Shown here one piece after another: positions 19,001 to 26,785 of a stretch of DNA of 64,000 nucleotides (positions within the stretch are counted from its first letter, which is position 1; each line of letters opens with the position of its first letter). The notes beneath the pieces are model-generated. The model saw nothing but the letters and a program-made list of their open reading frames with translations. It was not told the origin of the DNA and searched no databases. The DNA comes from an uncultured Dehalococcoidia bacterium (GTDB lineage: Bacteria > Chloroflexota > Dehalococcoidia > DSTF01 > JACRBR01), in assembly GCA_964421985.1 (NCBI GenBank), contig CAYQZE010000108.1, positions 2,224 to 66,223 of the forward strand, written 5' to 3'. The translations under genes were made by a program, and so were the position numbers.

Positions 19001-19282
19001 ATCGGCTACACGCGCCGCGCTGTGGCGATCAGTTTCCTGATGGAGTCGTCCTTCACGGCACTGCTCGGCATCGGCAGCGGCATCGGGCTGGGGCTGCTGC
19101 TCGCCTACCAGCTCGTCAGCACCGACGAATTCGTGCCCGGCGGCGTTCGCGGGTTCTACATCCCGTGGATGCAGATCCTCGCGATCGGCGGATTCGCGTT
19201 CGTAGCGTCGTTCGTCATGACGCTGATCCCGGCGCGGCAGGCATCGGGCATTCCGATCGCCGACGCGCTTCGCTATGAGTAG
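16049..19282 (+). CDS. large ABC transporter permease with duplicated FtsX-type domains
   Basis: The GTG start forms a GTGA overlap with the ATPase stop. The protein is about 1077 aa with many TM helices and two FtsX-like modules (..LAAERKMEMGMMRAVG.. and ..ERRQQIGMLRAIGY..). Confidence 0.88.
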   Translation: MNELFGLSMTIIMLVLLALLALCAATVAWVLLQNRVMFFIGVRNIPRRRAQTVLIIIGLMLSTLIIATAFSIGDTVDYSITNTSYERLHSVDELVLTKAESDEGAFGDSASLISALSVPQADADAYVAAIRRTDGVDGAISIVRGAAAAQNEAKGQTEPTVVLFGIDPAQLAGFVSDVETLDGRQVSPADLDSGEIYANKSAAEKLDIAKGDQIKLFVSNKEHAFTVKEIVKDRVLTGAVFGRPEGFLVSLSRAQELFGRPGEVDTIAVSNAGGVRDGLEGSKEVTTRLNTTVFLGQKVAATPTKRDFVDQAAETSSIFTTFFIVLGLFSIAAGLLLIFLIFVMLAAERKMEMGMMRAVGTKRRHLVQIFMSEGMVYNVGAAAVGCGLGIGVAVVMIRVMQMIFAGLDLQIIFHVTLRSLIVSYSVGVVLTFLTVTFSSWRIGNINIVSAIRDTAEPLAMRDRPARGGLLGTIFRNIYWIVFKPATKGEWLRVAALVGVIAVEAVLAFALGSLATWLLVIGIVVITLTALVLAFQIFQAGAMLLTVGGALAITGLASGQAGPFGLGFSAVVFGAAIVLAQLRFPARPVYTTAGLLLLVAWLLLAGGNTPIGYINDLDGDIEMFFISGVSMVLASTFVLVYNTDRLLGVLTLAGAAFPSLVPAIRTAIAYPLSNKFRTGMTIAMISLVMFALVMMSTMNSNFDRIFLSDKALGGYEVVATENAGNPIGDLKEDLAIQGFDVSDIARVDKIDEANTSVSDVKQLLVSGETTSYDSYAVHGLGAGFIANNGLNFQARANGFDSDAAVWQAMAQNPDYAVIDAFAMPSGGFGDGGGGFTLTGIKATDRTFDPIQVSVRDSANQTLRNVKIIGVLSTEASGLYSGLLLSKPAFDDVFAKPGASLHYVRLEPGVDANATAKAIEKTLLFRGVQADSLRKLIDDYQAQSRGFLYLIQGFMGIGLFVGIAAVGVIAFRTVVERRQQIGMLRAIGYTRRAVAISFLMESSFTALLGIGSGIGLGLLLAYQLVSTDEFVPGGVRGFYIPWMQILAIGGFAFVASFVMTLIPARQASGIPIADALRYE

Positions 19283-19362
19283 CGCTCGCCGCCGATTGCG
19301 CGAGCCGCTTCTGCGGCGCACACTATGATCACCAATCGACCATCGCACTCCGGAGCACTGCC

Positions 19363-20163
19363 ATGACCTATCGCGACCTTCTGTACGACGTTTCTGACAG
19401 CATCGCCACCATCACGCTCAACCGCCCGGACCGCCTCAACGCCATCAGCGGGCCCATGCTCGCCGCGTTCTCCGATGCCTTCCGGGAGGCCGACCGTGAC
19501 CGCCACGTCCGCGCGATCATCCTCACCGGCGCCGGGAAGGGGTTCTGCGCCGGGCTGGACCTCAAGGAGCAGGGCGCCTCGGCGAACAGCAGCAGCATCA
19601 ACGGCGCCGGCGGCCTGCCCGCGAAGTTCGACCTGGCGAACAGCCCTCCCGTCGTCCTGCATCAGACAGACAAGCCGGTGATCTGCGCGCTCAACGGCGC
19701 CGCCGCCGGCTACGGCCTGGACCTGGCGCTGGGCTGCGACATCATCATTGCCGCCGACACCGCGAAACTAGCCGCTGTCTTCACGAAACGCGGCGTGCTG
19801 CCCGAGAGCGGCGGCACCTGGCTGCTGCCCCGCCTCATCGGCTGGTCCAAGGCCTGTGAACTGGCGTTCACCGGCCGCACGCTCACCGCGCAGCAAGGAC
19901 TGGAGCTGGGGCTCGTCAGCCGCGTCGTGCCGGCCGCCACTCTCACGGACGAAGTGCGCGCTCTGGCGTCGGAGATCTGCGCGAACGCGCCGATGGCGGT
20001 GCAGGCGACAAAGCGCATGATGCGCCTCTCGATGGACGAGACGTTCGAGGCGAACGTCCACCATGTCTACCTGCAGCTACTGCCGCTCTTCCGCTCGCAC
20101 GATTTCGGCGAGGGCGTCAAGGCCTTCATCGAAAAGCGCGCTCCGCAGTTCGAGGGGCGATAG
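19363..20163 (+). CDS. enoyl-CoA hydratase/isomerase (crotonase) family protein
   Basis: Shows the crotonase fold pattern: ITLNRPDRLNAI, GKGFCAGLDL and ALNGAAAGYGLDLAL. Confidence 0.9.
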   Translation: MTYRDLLYDVSDSIATITLNRPDRLNAISGPMLAAFSDAFREADRDRHVRAIILTGAGKGFCAGLDLKEQGASANSSSINGAGGLPAKFDLANSPPVVLHQTDKPVICALNGAAAGYGLDLALGCDIIIAADTAKLAAVFTKRGVLPESGGTWLLPRLIGWSKACELAFTGRTLTAQQGLELGLVSRVVPAATLTDEVRALASEICANAPMAVQATKRMMRLSMDETFEANVHHVYLQLLPLFRSHDFGEGVKAFIEKRAPQFEGR

Positions 20164-20324
20164 CGGCGACGGCGTACGCCAGTCTCCCCGAACGGGCGTT
20201 CCCGATGAGTCCCGTTGTCAACACCCGCGCTGGAATCGTCCGCAATCCGCGCATATCGCGCGCATCTCCCATCCGCGTGCGTTGACCCCGTCGTCGCCAG
20301 CCGCGACGCTGCGCTGGAGGATCG

Positions 20325-21356
20325 ATGGAGTATCGCCAACTCGGTCACACGACACTGCGCCCCTCCGTCGTGGGCTTTGGGCTCTGGACGCTCAGCACCG
20401 GCTGGTGGGGTGACTACACGGACGCCGAAGCAGTGAAGCTGCTGCGCGAGGCGCGGGCGCTGGGCATCAACTTGTTCGACGCGTCGGACAGCTACGGAAA
20501 CGGCCGCTCGGAGGAGCAGTTGGGCGAGGCGTTCGGCAACGACGCTGGCGTGATCGTCGCGACGAAGGTGGGGTACGACTTCTACACCCATGGCAATGAG
20601 CGGCGCGGCCAGCGTGAAATCCTGCAAGACTTCAGCCCGTCACACATTCGCCGGGCATGCGAGCAGAGCCTGCGCCGCCTGCGCCGCGACCGCATCGACC
20701 TCTATCAGCTCCACAATCCCAAGATGGACACGATCGAGCGCGACGAGGCATTCGCCTGCCTGGACGACCTGGTGCGCGAGGGCAAGATCGCATCGTACGG
20801 CGTCGCGCTGGGTCCGGCCATCGGCTGGGAGCAGGAAGGGGTGAAGGTTGCGCGCGAGCGGACGATCGTCGCGCTGCAGATCATCTACAACATGCTGGAG
20901 CAGGATCCCGGGCGCGCGCACATCGCCGCCTGCCGCGATGCCGGCGCGAGCGTAATCGCGCGTGTGCCGCACAGCTCCGGCCTGCTGGAAGGGCACTACA
21001 CGGCCGACACCCAGTTCGCCGAGAACGACCATCGCCGGCACCGCCCGCGCGCATGGCTCATCGACGGGCTGCTGAAAGTCGAACAACTGCAGTTCCTCGT
21101 CAACGCGCGTCCGCGCGCGACGATCGGCCAGATCGCGTTGCAATGGATCCTGTCCGATCCAGTGGTGGCTACCACATTGCCGAACATCTACAACCGGGAA
21201 CAGATCGCTGAGTTCGCCGCAGCGAGCGACGTCGCGCCGTTGACGCCGGACGAGCTCGCGCGCGTGCAGGCGTTGTACGAGACGAACTTCGGAATCGCAC
21301 CATCGACCGGGAACGCGCGGGCGGAGGATGCACAAGCCGCGGCGGCGCCGCGATGA
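20325..21356 (+). CDS. aldo/keto reductase
   Basis: MEYRQLG...FGLW...GINLFDASDSYGNGRSE, LYQLHNP. A GGAGGA RBS precedes the start. Confidence 0.9.
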   Translation: MEYRQLGHTTLRPSVVGFGLWTLSTGWWGDYTDAEAVKLLREARALGINLFDASDSYGNGRSEEQLGEAFGNDAGVIVATKVGYDFYTHGNERRGQREILQDFSPSHIRRACEQSLRRLRRDRIDLYQLHNPKMDTIERDEAFACLDDLVREGKIASYGVALGPAIGWEQEGVKVARERTIVALQIIYNMLEQDPGRAHIAACRDAGASVIARVPHSSGLLEGHYTADTQFAENDHRRHRPRAWLIDGLLKVEQLQFLVNARPRATIGQIALQWILSDPVVATTLPNIYNREQIAEFAAASDVAPLTPDELARVQALYETNFGIAPSTGNARAEDAQAAAAPR

Positions 21357-22426
21357 CGATGACTGCCGGGACTACCATCGACGACCTGGGCCAGCGGCTG
21401 CTGAACGAGATGCAGGACCGATTCCCGCTCGTGCGCGAGCCCTTTCAAGAACTGGCTGAGCGGACCGGCGCGACCGAGGACGGCGTGCTTCGCCGCCTGC
21501 AGGCTATGCGCGACTCCGGCGTGCTGCGGCAGGTGAGCCCCATCTTCGATACCAAGGCGCTGGGGTACGCGACATCACTCGTGGCGATGCACGTGCCAGA
21601 GGACGGCCTCGCAGCGGCAGCCGAGGTCGTGAACGGCCATCCGGGCGTCAGTCACAACTATCGGCGCACCCATGAGTTCAACCTGTGGTTCACGATCGCC
21701 GTCCCGGCGGGCTCCGACCTGCAAGCGCACGTAGACGCGCTGCACCGGGACGCCGGCGCCGTCTCGACGAGGATGCTTCCCACGCTGCGGCTCTTCAAGA
21801 TCGGCGTCACGCTGGACATGACAGGCCAGCGGGAGATGGACCACCAGTCGCGCCCGCAGTACACCCACGAGCAGCGCGAAACCGCCGCGTCGCACACGTT
21901 GACCGCACGCGACATTGAGGTCGTGCGCGCCGTGCAAGGCGATCTGCCGCTGGAGCCGGATCCCTTTGCCGCGCCCGCGCGACTGCTCGGCCTGAGCGTT
22001 GATGAGCTGATCGCGACGCTCGGAGATCTGGAGAAGCGCGGCTACCTCCGGCGGTTCGCGGCTATCCTGCGGCACCGCAAGGCGGGGTTCGGCGCGAACG
22101 GCATGGCTGTGTGGAAGGTGGACGAAGGCGCGATCTCGGCCATCGGCCAAACGATGGCCGGCTACACGTCGATCAGCCATTGTTACCAGCGCCCGGTCTA
22201 TGCGGACTGGAGGTACAACCTGTTCACGATGATCCACGCGCGCAAGAAGAGCGATTGCGAAGCCTTCGTCGCCCAGTTGGCGCGCGAACACGGGCTGGTA
22301 GAGTTCGACGTGCTGTACAGCACTACCGAGTACAAGAAGGTCCGGCTGGCATACTTCACGCCGGAGTTCGAGGCGTGGGAGCGCGCCCACCTGGGCGCCG
22401 CAGCGCGAGCCGCCGATGCCCGCTGA
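21353..22426 (+). CDS. fused AsnC/Lrp-like siroheme decarboxylase (AhbA/AhbB, NirDL-type)
   Basis: There are two tandem halves, each with the family pattern (LLNEMQDRFPLVREPF..., GVSHNYRRTHEFNLWFTI and SISHCYQRPVYADWRYNLFTMIHA). The ATGA start overlaps the upstream AKR stop. Confidence 0.8.
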   Translation: MTMTAGTTIDDLGQRLLNEMQDRFPLVREPFQELAERTGATEDGVLRRLQAMRDSGVLRQVSPIFDTKALGYATSLVAMHVPEDGLAAAAEVVNGHPGVSHNYRRTHEFNLWFTIAVPAGSDLQAHVDALHRDAGAVSTRMLPTLRLFKIGVTLDMTGQREMDHQSRPQYTHEQRETAASHTLTARDIEVVRAVQGDLPLEPDPFAAPARLLGLSVDELIATLGDLEKRGYLRRFAAILRHRKAGFGANGMAVWKVDEGAISAIGQTMAGYTSISHCYQRPVYADWRYNLFTMIHARKKSDCEAFVAQLAREHGLVEFDVLYSTTEYKKVRLAYFTPEFEAWERAHLGAAARAADAR

Positions 22427-23132
22427 GACGGGACCGCGTGAGTACTTCCGCTTCGCCTTCTACCGGTTCGCCGAGAGCTGGCGAGCGCTCGACGACCGGG
22501 CACAGGCGCTTGCGCTCGATGAGTTGGAGCAGCTGCTCGCGGCACCGGTCGCACCGTGGCAGTACTGCTACAGCCTGTCAGGACTGCGCGCCGACGTCGA
22601 CTTCGCCGTCTGGCTGAAGACGACGGAGGGAGTCGGGCCGCTGCAGGCGTTCGAACGAGGGATCCGGGCGACGGAGTGCGGCCGCCACCTCATCCTGAGC
22701 CACAACTTCATTTCGATGACGAAGCCCTCGCCCTACGCGCGCGGCGCGTCCGACGCCGAGCGCGAGGCACTGCGCGCATATCCGGACGGCGCGCCGTACG
22801 TGTTCGTCTATCCGATGGTGAAGACGCGCGCCTGGTACCTGCTGCCGCCGGAAGAGCGGGGCCGCATCATGCGGGGACACATCGCCGTCGGACATAAATA
22901 TCCGAAGGTCCGCATCAACACGTCATACAGCTATGGCATCGACGACCAGGAGTTCATCGTGGCCTTCGAGGGCGACGATCCGGCGGAGTTCCTCGATCTC
23001 GTCCACGACCTGAGGTACACTGCGGCAAGTTCGTACACCCTGCGCGACACGCCGATGTTCACCTGCGTTCTGCGCACGCCCGCGTCGCTGGCCAACGAGT
23101 TCCGGCGGGCCGCCGCCATCGCCGCATCGTAG
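22416..23132 (+). CDS. chlorite dismutase family protein, coproheme decarboxylase-like (ChdC/HemQ)
   Basis: YVFVYPMVKTRAWYLLPPEERGRIMRGHIAVG...INTSYSYGIDDQEFIVAFE is typical of the Cld/HemQ family. The start overlaps the AhbAB 3' end by 11 nt. Confidence 0.85.
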   Translation: MPAETGPREYFRFAFYRFAESWRALDDRAQALALDELEQLLAAPVAPWQYCYSLSGLRADVDFAVWLKTTEGVGPLQAFERGIRATECGRHLILSHNFISMTKPSPYARGASDAEREALRAYPDGAPYVFVYPMVKTRAWYLLPPEERGRIMRGHIAVGHKYPKVRINTSYSYGIDDQEFIVAFEGDDPAEFLDLVHDLRYTAASSYTLRDTPMFTCVLRTPASLANEFRRAAAIAAS

Positions 23133-23188
23133 TTCGGCATCCGAGCGCCGTACAGCGTACACCTTGAATGCCAACTGCCGGCATCGAC

Positions 23189-23222
23189 GAAAAAACGGGC
23201 CTCGATCGTATCGAGGCCCGTT
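23189..23222 (-). terminator. rho-independent terminator downstream of csrA (hairpin possibly bidirectional)
   Basis: A 13-bp perfect stem (AACGGGCCTCGAT / ATCGAGGCCCGTT) with a 3-nt loop is followed on the minus strand by TTTTT. Confidence 0.75.
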
Positions 23223-23359
23223 CACTACCGGGGATCGAGGTGGCTGCGATCCCGGATCGTGCACGTCCCGCGCCGAACGGCGCCCTCACGTGCGCAGCGC
23301 TCCGGCCGGGAGATGTCGCCTCGCAGCGACATGGCCGCCCGCCGGCCGGGACGCTGCGC

Positions 23360-23599
23360 CTAAGGTAACGCGCTGGAGCCGCCGGCTAGGTGATGCCCGG
23401 CGCCGTTCGATGGCGTATCACCGCCCACCAGGACCGCCGGGGGGTCCGCATCTGCCAGCAGCTCCTGCCGCATCACCTTCACGTTACTGGGGGCGGTGAT
23501 CCCGAGCTTCACCCGGTCCCGCTCGATGGCCAGCACCTGGATGGAGATCTCTCCCTCGATCCAGATCACCTGTTGCACTTTTCGTACGAGAATCAGCAT
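23360..23599 (-). CDS. csrA: carbon storage regulator CsrA with a C-terminal extension
   Basis: From internal Met16 of track ORF 23360..23644, the sequence MLILVRKVQQVIWIEGEISIQVLAIERDRVKLGITAPSNVKVMRQEL aligns by eye with canonical CsrA (MLILTRK...V.LGI.AP..V.V.R.E). A GGAAGG RBS precedes it. Confidence 0.85.
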   Translation of the reverse strand: MLILVRKVQQVIWIEGEISIQVLAIERDRVKLGITAPSNVKVMRQELLADADPPAVLVGGDTPSNGAGHHLAGGSSALP

Positions 23600-23733
23600 C
23601 CTGCCTGGCCTTCCGTTGCCCGCTCCAGCCGGCGACCCATCCACGGCGAGCTCCGCCGCTTCTCATTTCCCCTGGAGACCATTCCCGCTGGCCTCGCGCC
23701 GATCAATTCGAGTGTTTGGTGCTTGACATTGGA

Positions 23734-23768
23734 CCAGCATTCAGGCTAACTAGGAACCTGAATGCTGG
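23734..23768. promoter_or_regulatory. 12-bp perfect inverted repeat in the csrA/HTH-regulator divergent region (candidate operator or leader hairpin)
   Basis: CCAGCATTCAGG-N11-CCTGAATGCTGG. A TTGACA hexamer at 23723..23728 lies just upstream. Related half-sites (CCTGAATTGCCGG, CATTGCTGG) follow at about 23798..23828. Confidence 0.5.
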
Positions 23769-23897
23769 ATGTCAGAAGCCGGAAATCAGACGCTACACCT
23801 GAATTGCCGGAATTTCATTGCTGGTATCTTACTTCTGTTCTCGGTCCGTGTCAATAGCCCCGCCCATGAAAATTCTCGGTCAAGGAAGGCCCACGCG

Positions 23898-24275
23898 ATG
23901 ACGGCGAAGTGGGGACTGCTCACAAATCATGCGCTCGTGCTGATCCACGTCGTCGAGCACCCGCGCTCAACGCTGCGCGATATCGCTGACAACGTCGGCA
24001 TCACGGAGCGCGCCGCGCTGTCGCTGCTCCGCGCGCTCGAGGCCGACGACATCGTCGCTCGCCGCAGGGACGGCCGGCGCAATGTCTACACCGTGGATGT
24101 CGATGCGCTGATGTCGCACCGCACGCATGGCACCTACAGCATCGCGGAGATCGTCAGCGCGCTCTTCGCGCTCTCGGGACGCATACCGGGGCAAGATCTC
24201 CCGCCCGGCATGCAGATCACCGGTGGCGCATCCAACCGTCCGCCGTCTCGTCAGCGGCCAGCCCGCGTCACGTGA
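23898..24275 (+). CDS. winged-helix (MarR/ArsR-like) transcriptional regulator
   Basis: From internal Met44 of track ORF 23769..24275, preceded by AAGGAAGG. The HTH region is RSTLRDIADNVGITERAALSLLRALEADDIV. Confidence 0.7.
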   Translation: MTAKWGLLTNHALVLIHVVEHPRSTLRDIADNVGITERAALSLLRALEADDIVARRRDGRRNVYTVDVDALMSHRTHGTYSIAEIVSALFALSGRIPGQDLPPGMQITGGASNRPPSRQRPARVT

Positions 24276-24281
24276 GCCGCC

Positions 24282-25040
24282 TTACTGAACCACGAAAGCC
24301 GTGTGCATGCCCTGCTGGTAATGGTCCACCGTGCTACCCGCCTCGCCGATCGTGATCAGGCACGCGAGCTGGTAGGTCCCGGGTGTAAGATCCAGCACGA
24401 TCGACCCACCCTTCTGGGGCTCGATATCCTCGACCTCGCCCGCGTTGTCGAACGAGCCATCGGTCTTCGTCTTCCGTACCGCCAGCTCGTGCACCTGGGT
24501 GGCGCTTGTGTTCGTCGCGATAAAGCGAATCTTCCCGGCCTTCACGGTGGATCTGTCCGCGGTCACGACGTACTCCGTGAGCGTCACAGCGACGGATGTG
24601 TCCGCGGATCCCGTGTCCGCCGTGGCCTTCGCCGATGGCGAACCGGCATCCCTGGCGCTAGCCGAAGGCGCAGCAGCACCGCCGTTCGCGACGAGCTCGA
24701 TAATCGTCGACGGACCGGCGGGTACATAGCACTTGATCTTGTGCACTCCGGCTCCAGACGGAACGGCGTATCCGACGCTCAGCGTCTTCCCCTTGCGCAC
24801 CACGACTTCCTCGAGCTTCGTGCCTTCGATGCCTTCGACCTCGTAGGTATCCTGTCTGCTCTCATTTTTCACGAGAAGATTCAGCTTCTCCCCTTGCGTT
24901 ACCACGATGGACGTCGGGCTGCAGCCGTCGTCCGTCTGGGTGATCTCGACCTCCCGTCCTCCGGAGCCGCTGCTGGCACATGCGACGCCGAAGGCAAGGA
25001 TCCCCGCCGCGGCCATCAACAGGCCGCTCACGTTCGTCAT
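24282..25040 (-). CDS. cupredoxin-domain lipoprotein associated with the FTR1 iron permease
   Basis: Has a signal peptide plus lipobox (LAFGVACAS). There are two cupredoxin-like modules, and the second carries His/Cys/His/Met candidates (VHELAV, YQLACLITIG, VDHYQQGM). It lies immediately downstream of FTR1. Confidence 0.75.
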   Translation of the reverse strand: MTNVSGLLMAAAGILAFGVACASSGSGGREVEITQTDDGCSPTSIVVTQGEKLNLLVKNESRQDTYEVEGIEGTKLEEVVVRKGKTLSVGYAVPSGAGVHKIKCYVPAGPSTIIELVANGGAAAPSASARDAGSPSAKATADTGSADTSVAVTLTEYVVTADRSTVKAGKIRFIATNTSATQVHELAVRKTKTDGSFDNAGEVEDIEPQKGGSIVLDLTPGTYQLACLITIGEAGSTVDHYQQGMHTAFVVQ

Positions 25041-25060
25041 GACAACTTCCTCCCGTCAGA

Positions 25061-25942
25061 TCAGGTGTTCGTGGCTGTGAGTTTGCGCGCCAAGTCCGGC
25101 GGCGACGTGGATGATGCTTCAACGCGCAGCACCTGCGGCGGCTTACCAGAAGGGAGCAGCACATACGCTCCCAACACGATGCCGATGTAGCCCCAGTAGA
25201 GGATGATCTGCGCCATGGCCGGCGCCGCGTCGTAACCGAGCACGGTGTGGAGAAACTTACCGAGTGTCGATGTCATAGAGAGCGTCGCTTCGAAATCCCA
25301 CGGCCGCGAGCCGAGATCGGTGATGATCGCCGCTTCCTGTAACTCGTTGAGCCCGTTTGACAGCAGCCCTGCCGCCAGCACGATGACAACGATGCCCGAT
25401 GCCAGGAAGAACTGCTTGAGCGGCAGTCTGGCTGCACCGTAGTAGATGGCCACGCCGGCGACGGCCGCAATAACAAACCCGCCGAGCCCGCCGAGCACGA
25501 ACTGCGTACCGGAAGCGTTCGTCGATCCGGCGAAGAGAAAGAGCGCCGTCTCGAAGCCCTCGCGCCCGACCGCACTGAACGCGAGCAGCGCGAGCGCGGC
25601 GACCGAGCCACCGGAGAGTGCGTGGTCGATCTGGTGGCGCAGGTCGTACGAGATGCCTGCCGACTGGCGCTTCATCCAGAACACCATCCATGTCAGCACA
25701 GCCACGGCGAAGAGCATGGTGAAGCCTTCAAAGGCCTCCAACACGCGGCCGCTCAATTCGCGGGAGGTGATCTCAAGCAGCGCGGCGAACGCGACCGAGA
25801 GCATCGCCGCAGCTCCCACGCCAAGCCAGATCTCGCGGAAATGCTTCTTTTGGTCGATCTTACGCAGGTACCCGAGTAAGATCGTTACGACGAGCGCAAT
25901 CTCGATGCCTTCGCGGAGCGTGACGAGAAGAGAGAACAGCAT
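25061..25942 (-). CDS. FTR1/EfeU family high-affinity iron permease
   Basis: Two REGxE motifs are present (LREGIEIALV and GREGFETALF), and the protein is polytopic. Confidence 0.9.
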   Translation of the reverse strand: MLFSLLVTLREGIEIALVVTILLGYLRKIDQKKHFREIWLGVGAAAMLSVAFAALLEITSRELSGRVLEAFEGFTMLFAVAVLTWMVFWMKRQSAGISYDLRHQIDHALSGGSVAALALLAFSAVGREGFETALFLFAGSTNASGTQFVLGGLGGFVIAAVAGVAIYYGAARLPLKQFFLASGIVVIVLAAGLLSNGLNELQEAAIITDLGSRPWDFEATLSMTSTLGKFLHTVLGYDAAPAMAQIILYWGYIGIVLGAYVLLPSGKPPQVLRVEASSTSPPDLARKLTATNT

Positions 25943-25997
25943 AGGTCGCCCGTGATTGTCCCAGTGCCGCCGGCTCAGTCCGGCATCTCTAGGTCGA

Positions 25998-26015
25998 TAT
26001 TAGCCTATGCTAATA
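25998..26015. promoter_or_regulatory. AT-rich 18-bp palindrome TATTAGC-N4-GCTAATA, candidate metalloregulator operator
   Basis: It has perfect 7-bp arms and lies 56 nt upstream of the FTR1 start, in the divergent region shared with sodN. Its core TTAGC-N4-GCTAA is identical to the site at 6540..6553. Confidence 0.4.
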
Positions 26016-26229
26016 CTCCACTATAGTCAAGGCTAAATAACAGGCCTCGGGCGGGCCATCTGGCACATTGCATCTCGTCCGCTGGCTCGCTATGCGCGCG
26101 GTCGCCTGGATTGACCGCGCCGTCCGCCGCAGCGGCAGCCGGCGGCTATTCCTCGACCCTCGCGCCGTGATTAGACTGTCCCTACCGAACGAGTCACCTC
26201 GCATCAATCTACAGAAGGAGTCGGACCAC

Positions 26230-26763
26230 ATGACACGGCATCTCGTCACCTCTCTCATCTCCCGTGGGCTGCGGAGCATCGACCGTGTCGCGGTCCCCGC
26301 TGTCGCCGAGGCGCACTGCGACATCCCCTGCGGCATCTACGACCCGCATCTCATGCAGATCGCCGCGCTCACGGTGATCCGCATGCATCAGCTGATCGAC
26401 GCTCTCGAGCGGCCGGCGGCGGACGCACCCGTCGACGCCCGCAACAGGGCCGGCAACTCGATCGTCCGTTACATCGCCGCCAAGGAAGAGCACTCCGAGA
26501 TCGTCAAGAAAGAAGTGCGCATCATCTGGGGCGACTACTTCAAGCCGGAGCACCTGGAGAAGTATCCCGACCTCCATGACGTTGTCTGGGGCATCTTGAA
26601 GCTCGCCGGCAAGACGCGCCAGGAGATCAACATGCAGTTCGCCCAAGACCTGCTCGCGCAGACGCAGAAGTTCGCGGAGATCTTCTGGGACACAAAGGGC
26701 GTGAAGACGAAGCGAGCACCCTCGAATCAGGCCGTCGGAGGCGAACTGGTCGTGCCGGCGTAG
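26230..26763 (+). CDS. sodN: nickel superoxide dismutase precursor
   Basis: The Ni-hook HCDIPCGIYDP is preceded by a 28-aa leader. A GAAGGAG RBS lies before the ATG at 26230; the track ORF starts at 26068. Confidence 0.93.
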   Translation: MTRHLVTSLISRGLRSIDRVAVPAVAEAHCDIPCGIYDPHLMQIAALTVIRMHQLIDALERPAADAPVDARNRAGNSIVRYIAAKEEHSEIVKKEVRIIWGDYFKPEHLEKYPDLHDVVWGILKLAGKTRQEINMQFAQDLLAQTQKFAEIFWDTKGVKTKRAPSNQAVGGELVVPA

Positions 26764-26785
26764 TACCACCGGCGCTCCAACGATC

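Noticed and set aside
23769-23897. 43-codon N-terminal extension of the HTH regulator ORF
   Set aside because: It starts immediately at the end of the inverted repeat, has atypical low-GC codons and lacks an RBS. The internal ATG at 23898 has AAGGAAGG upstream and gives a normal-length wHTH protein.
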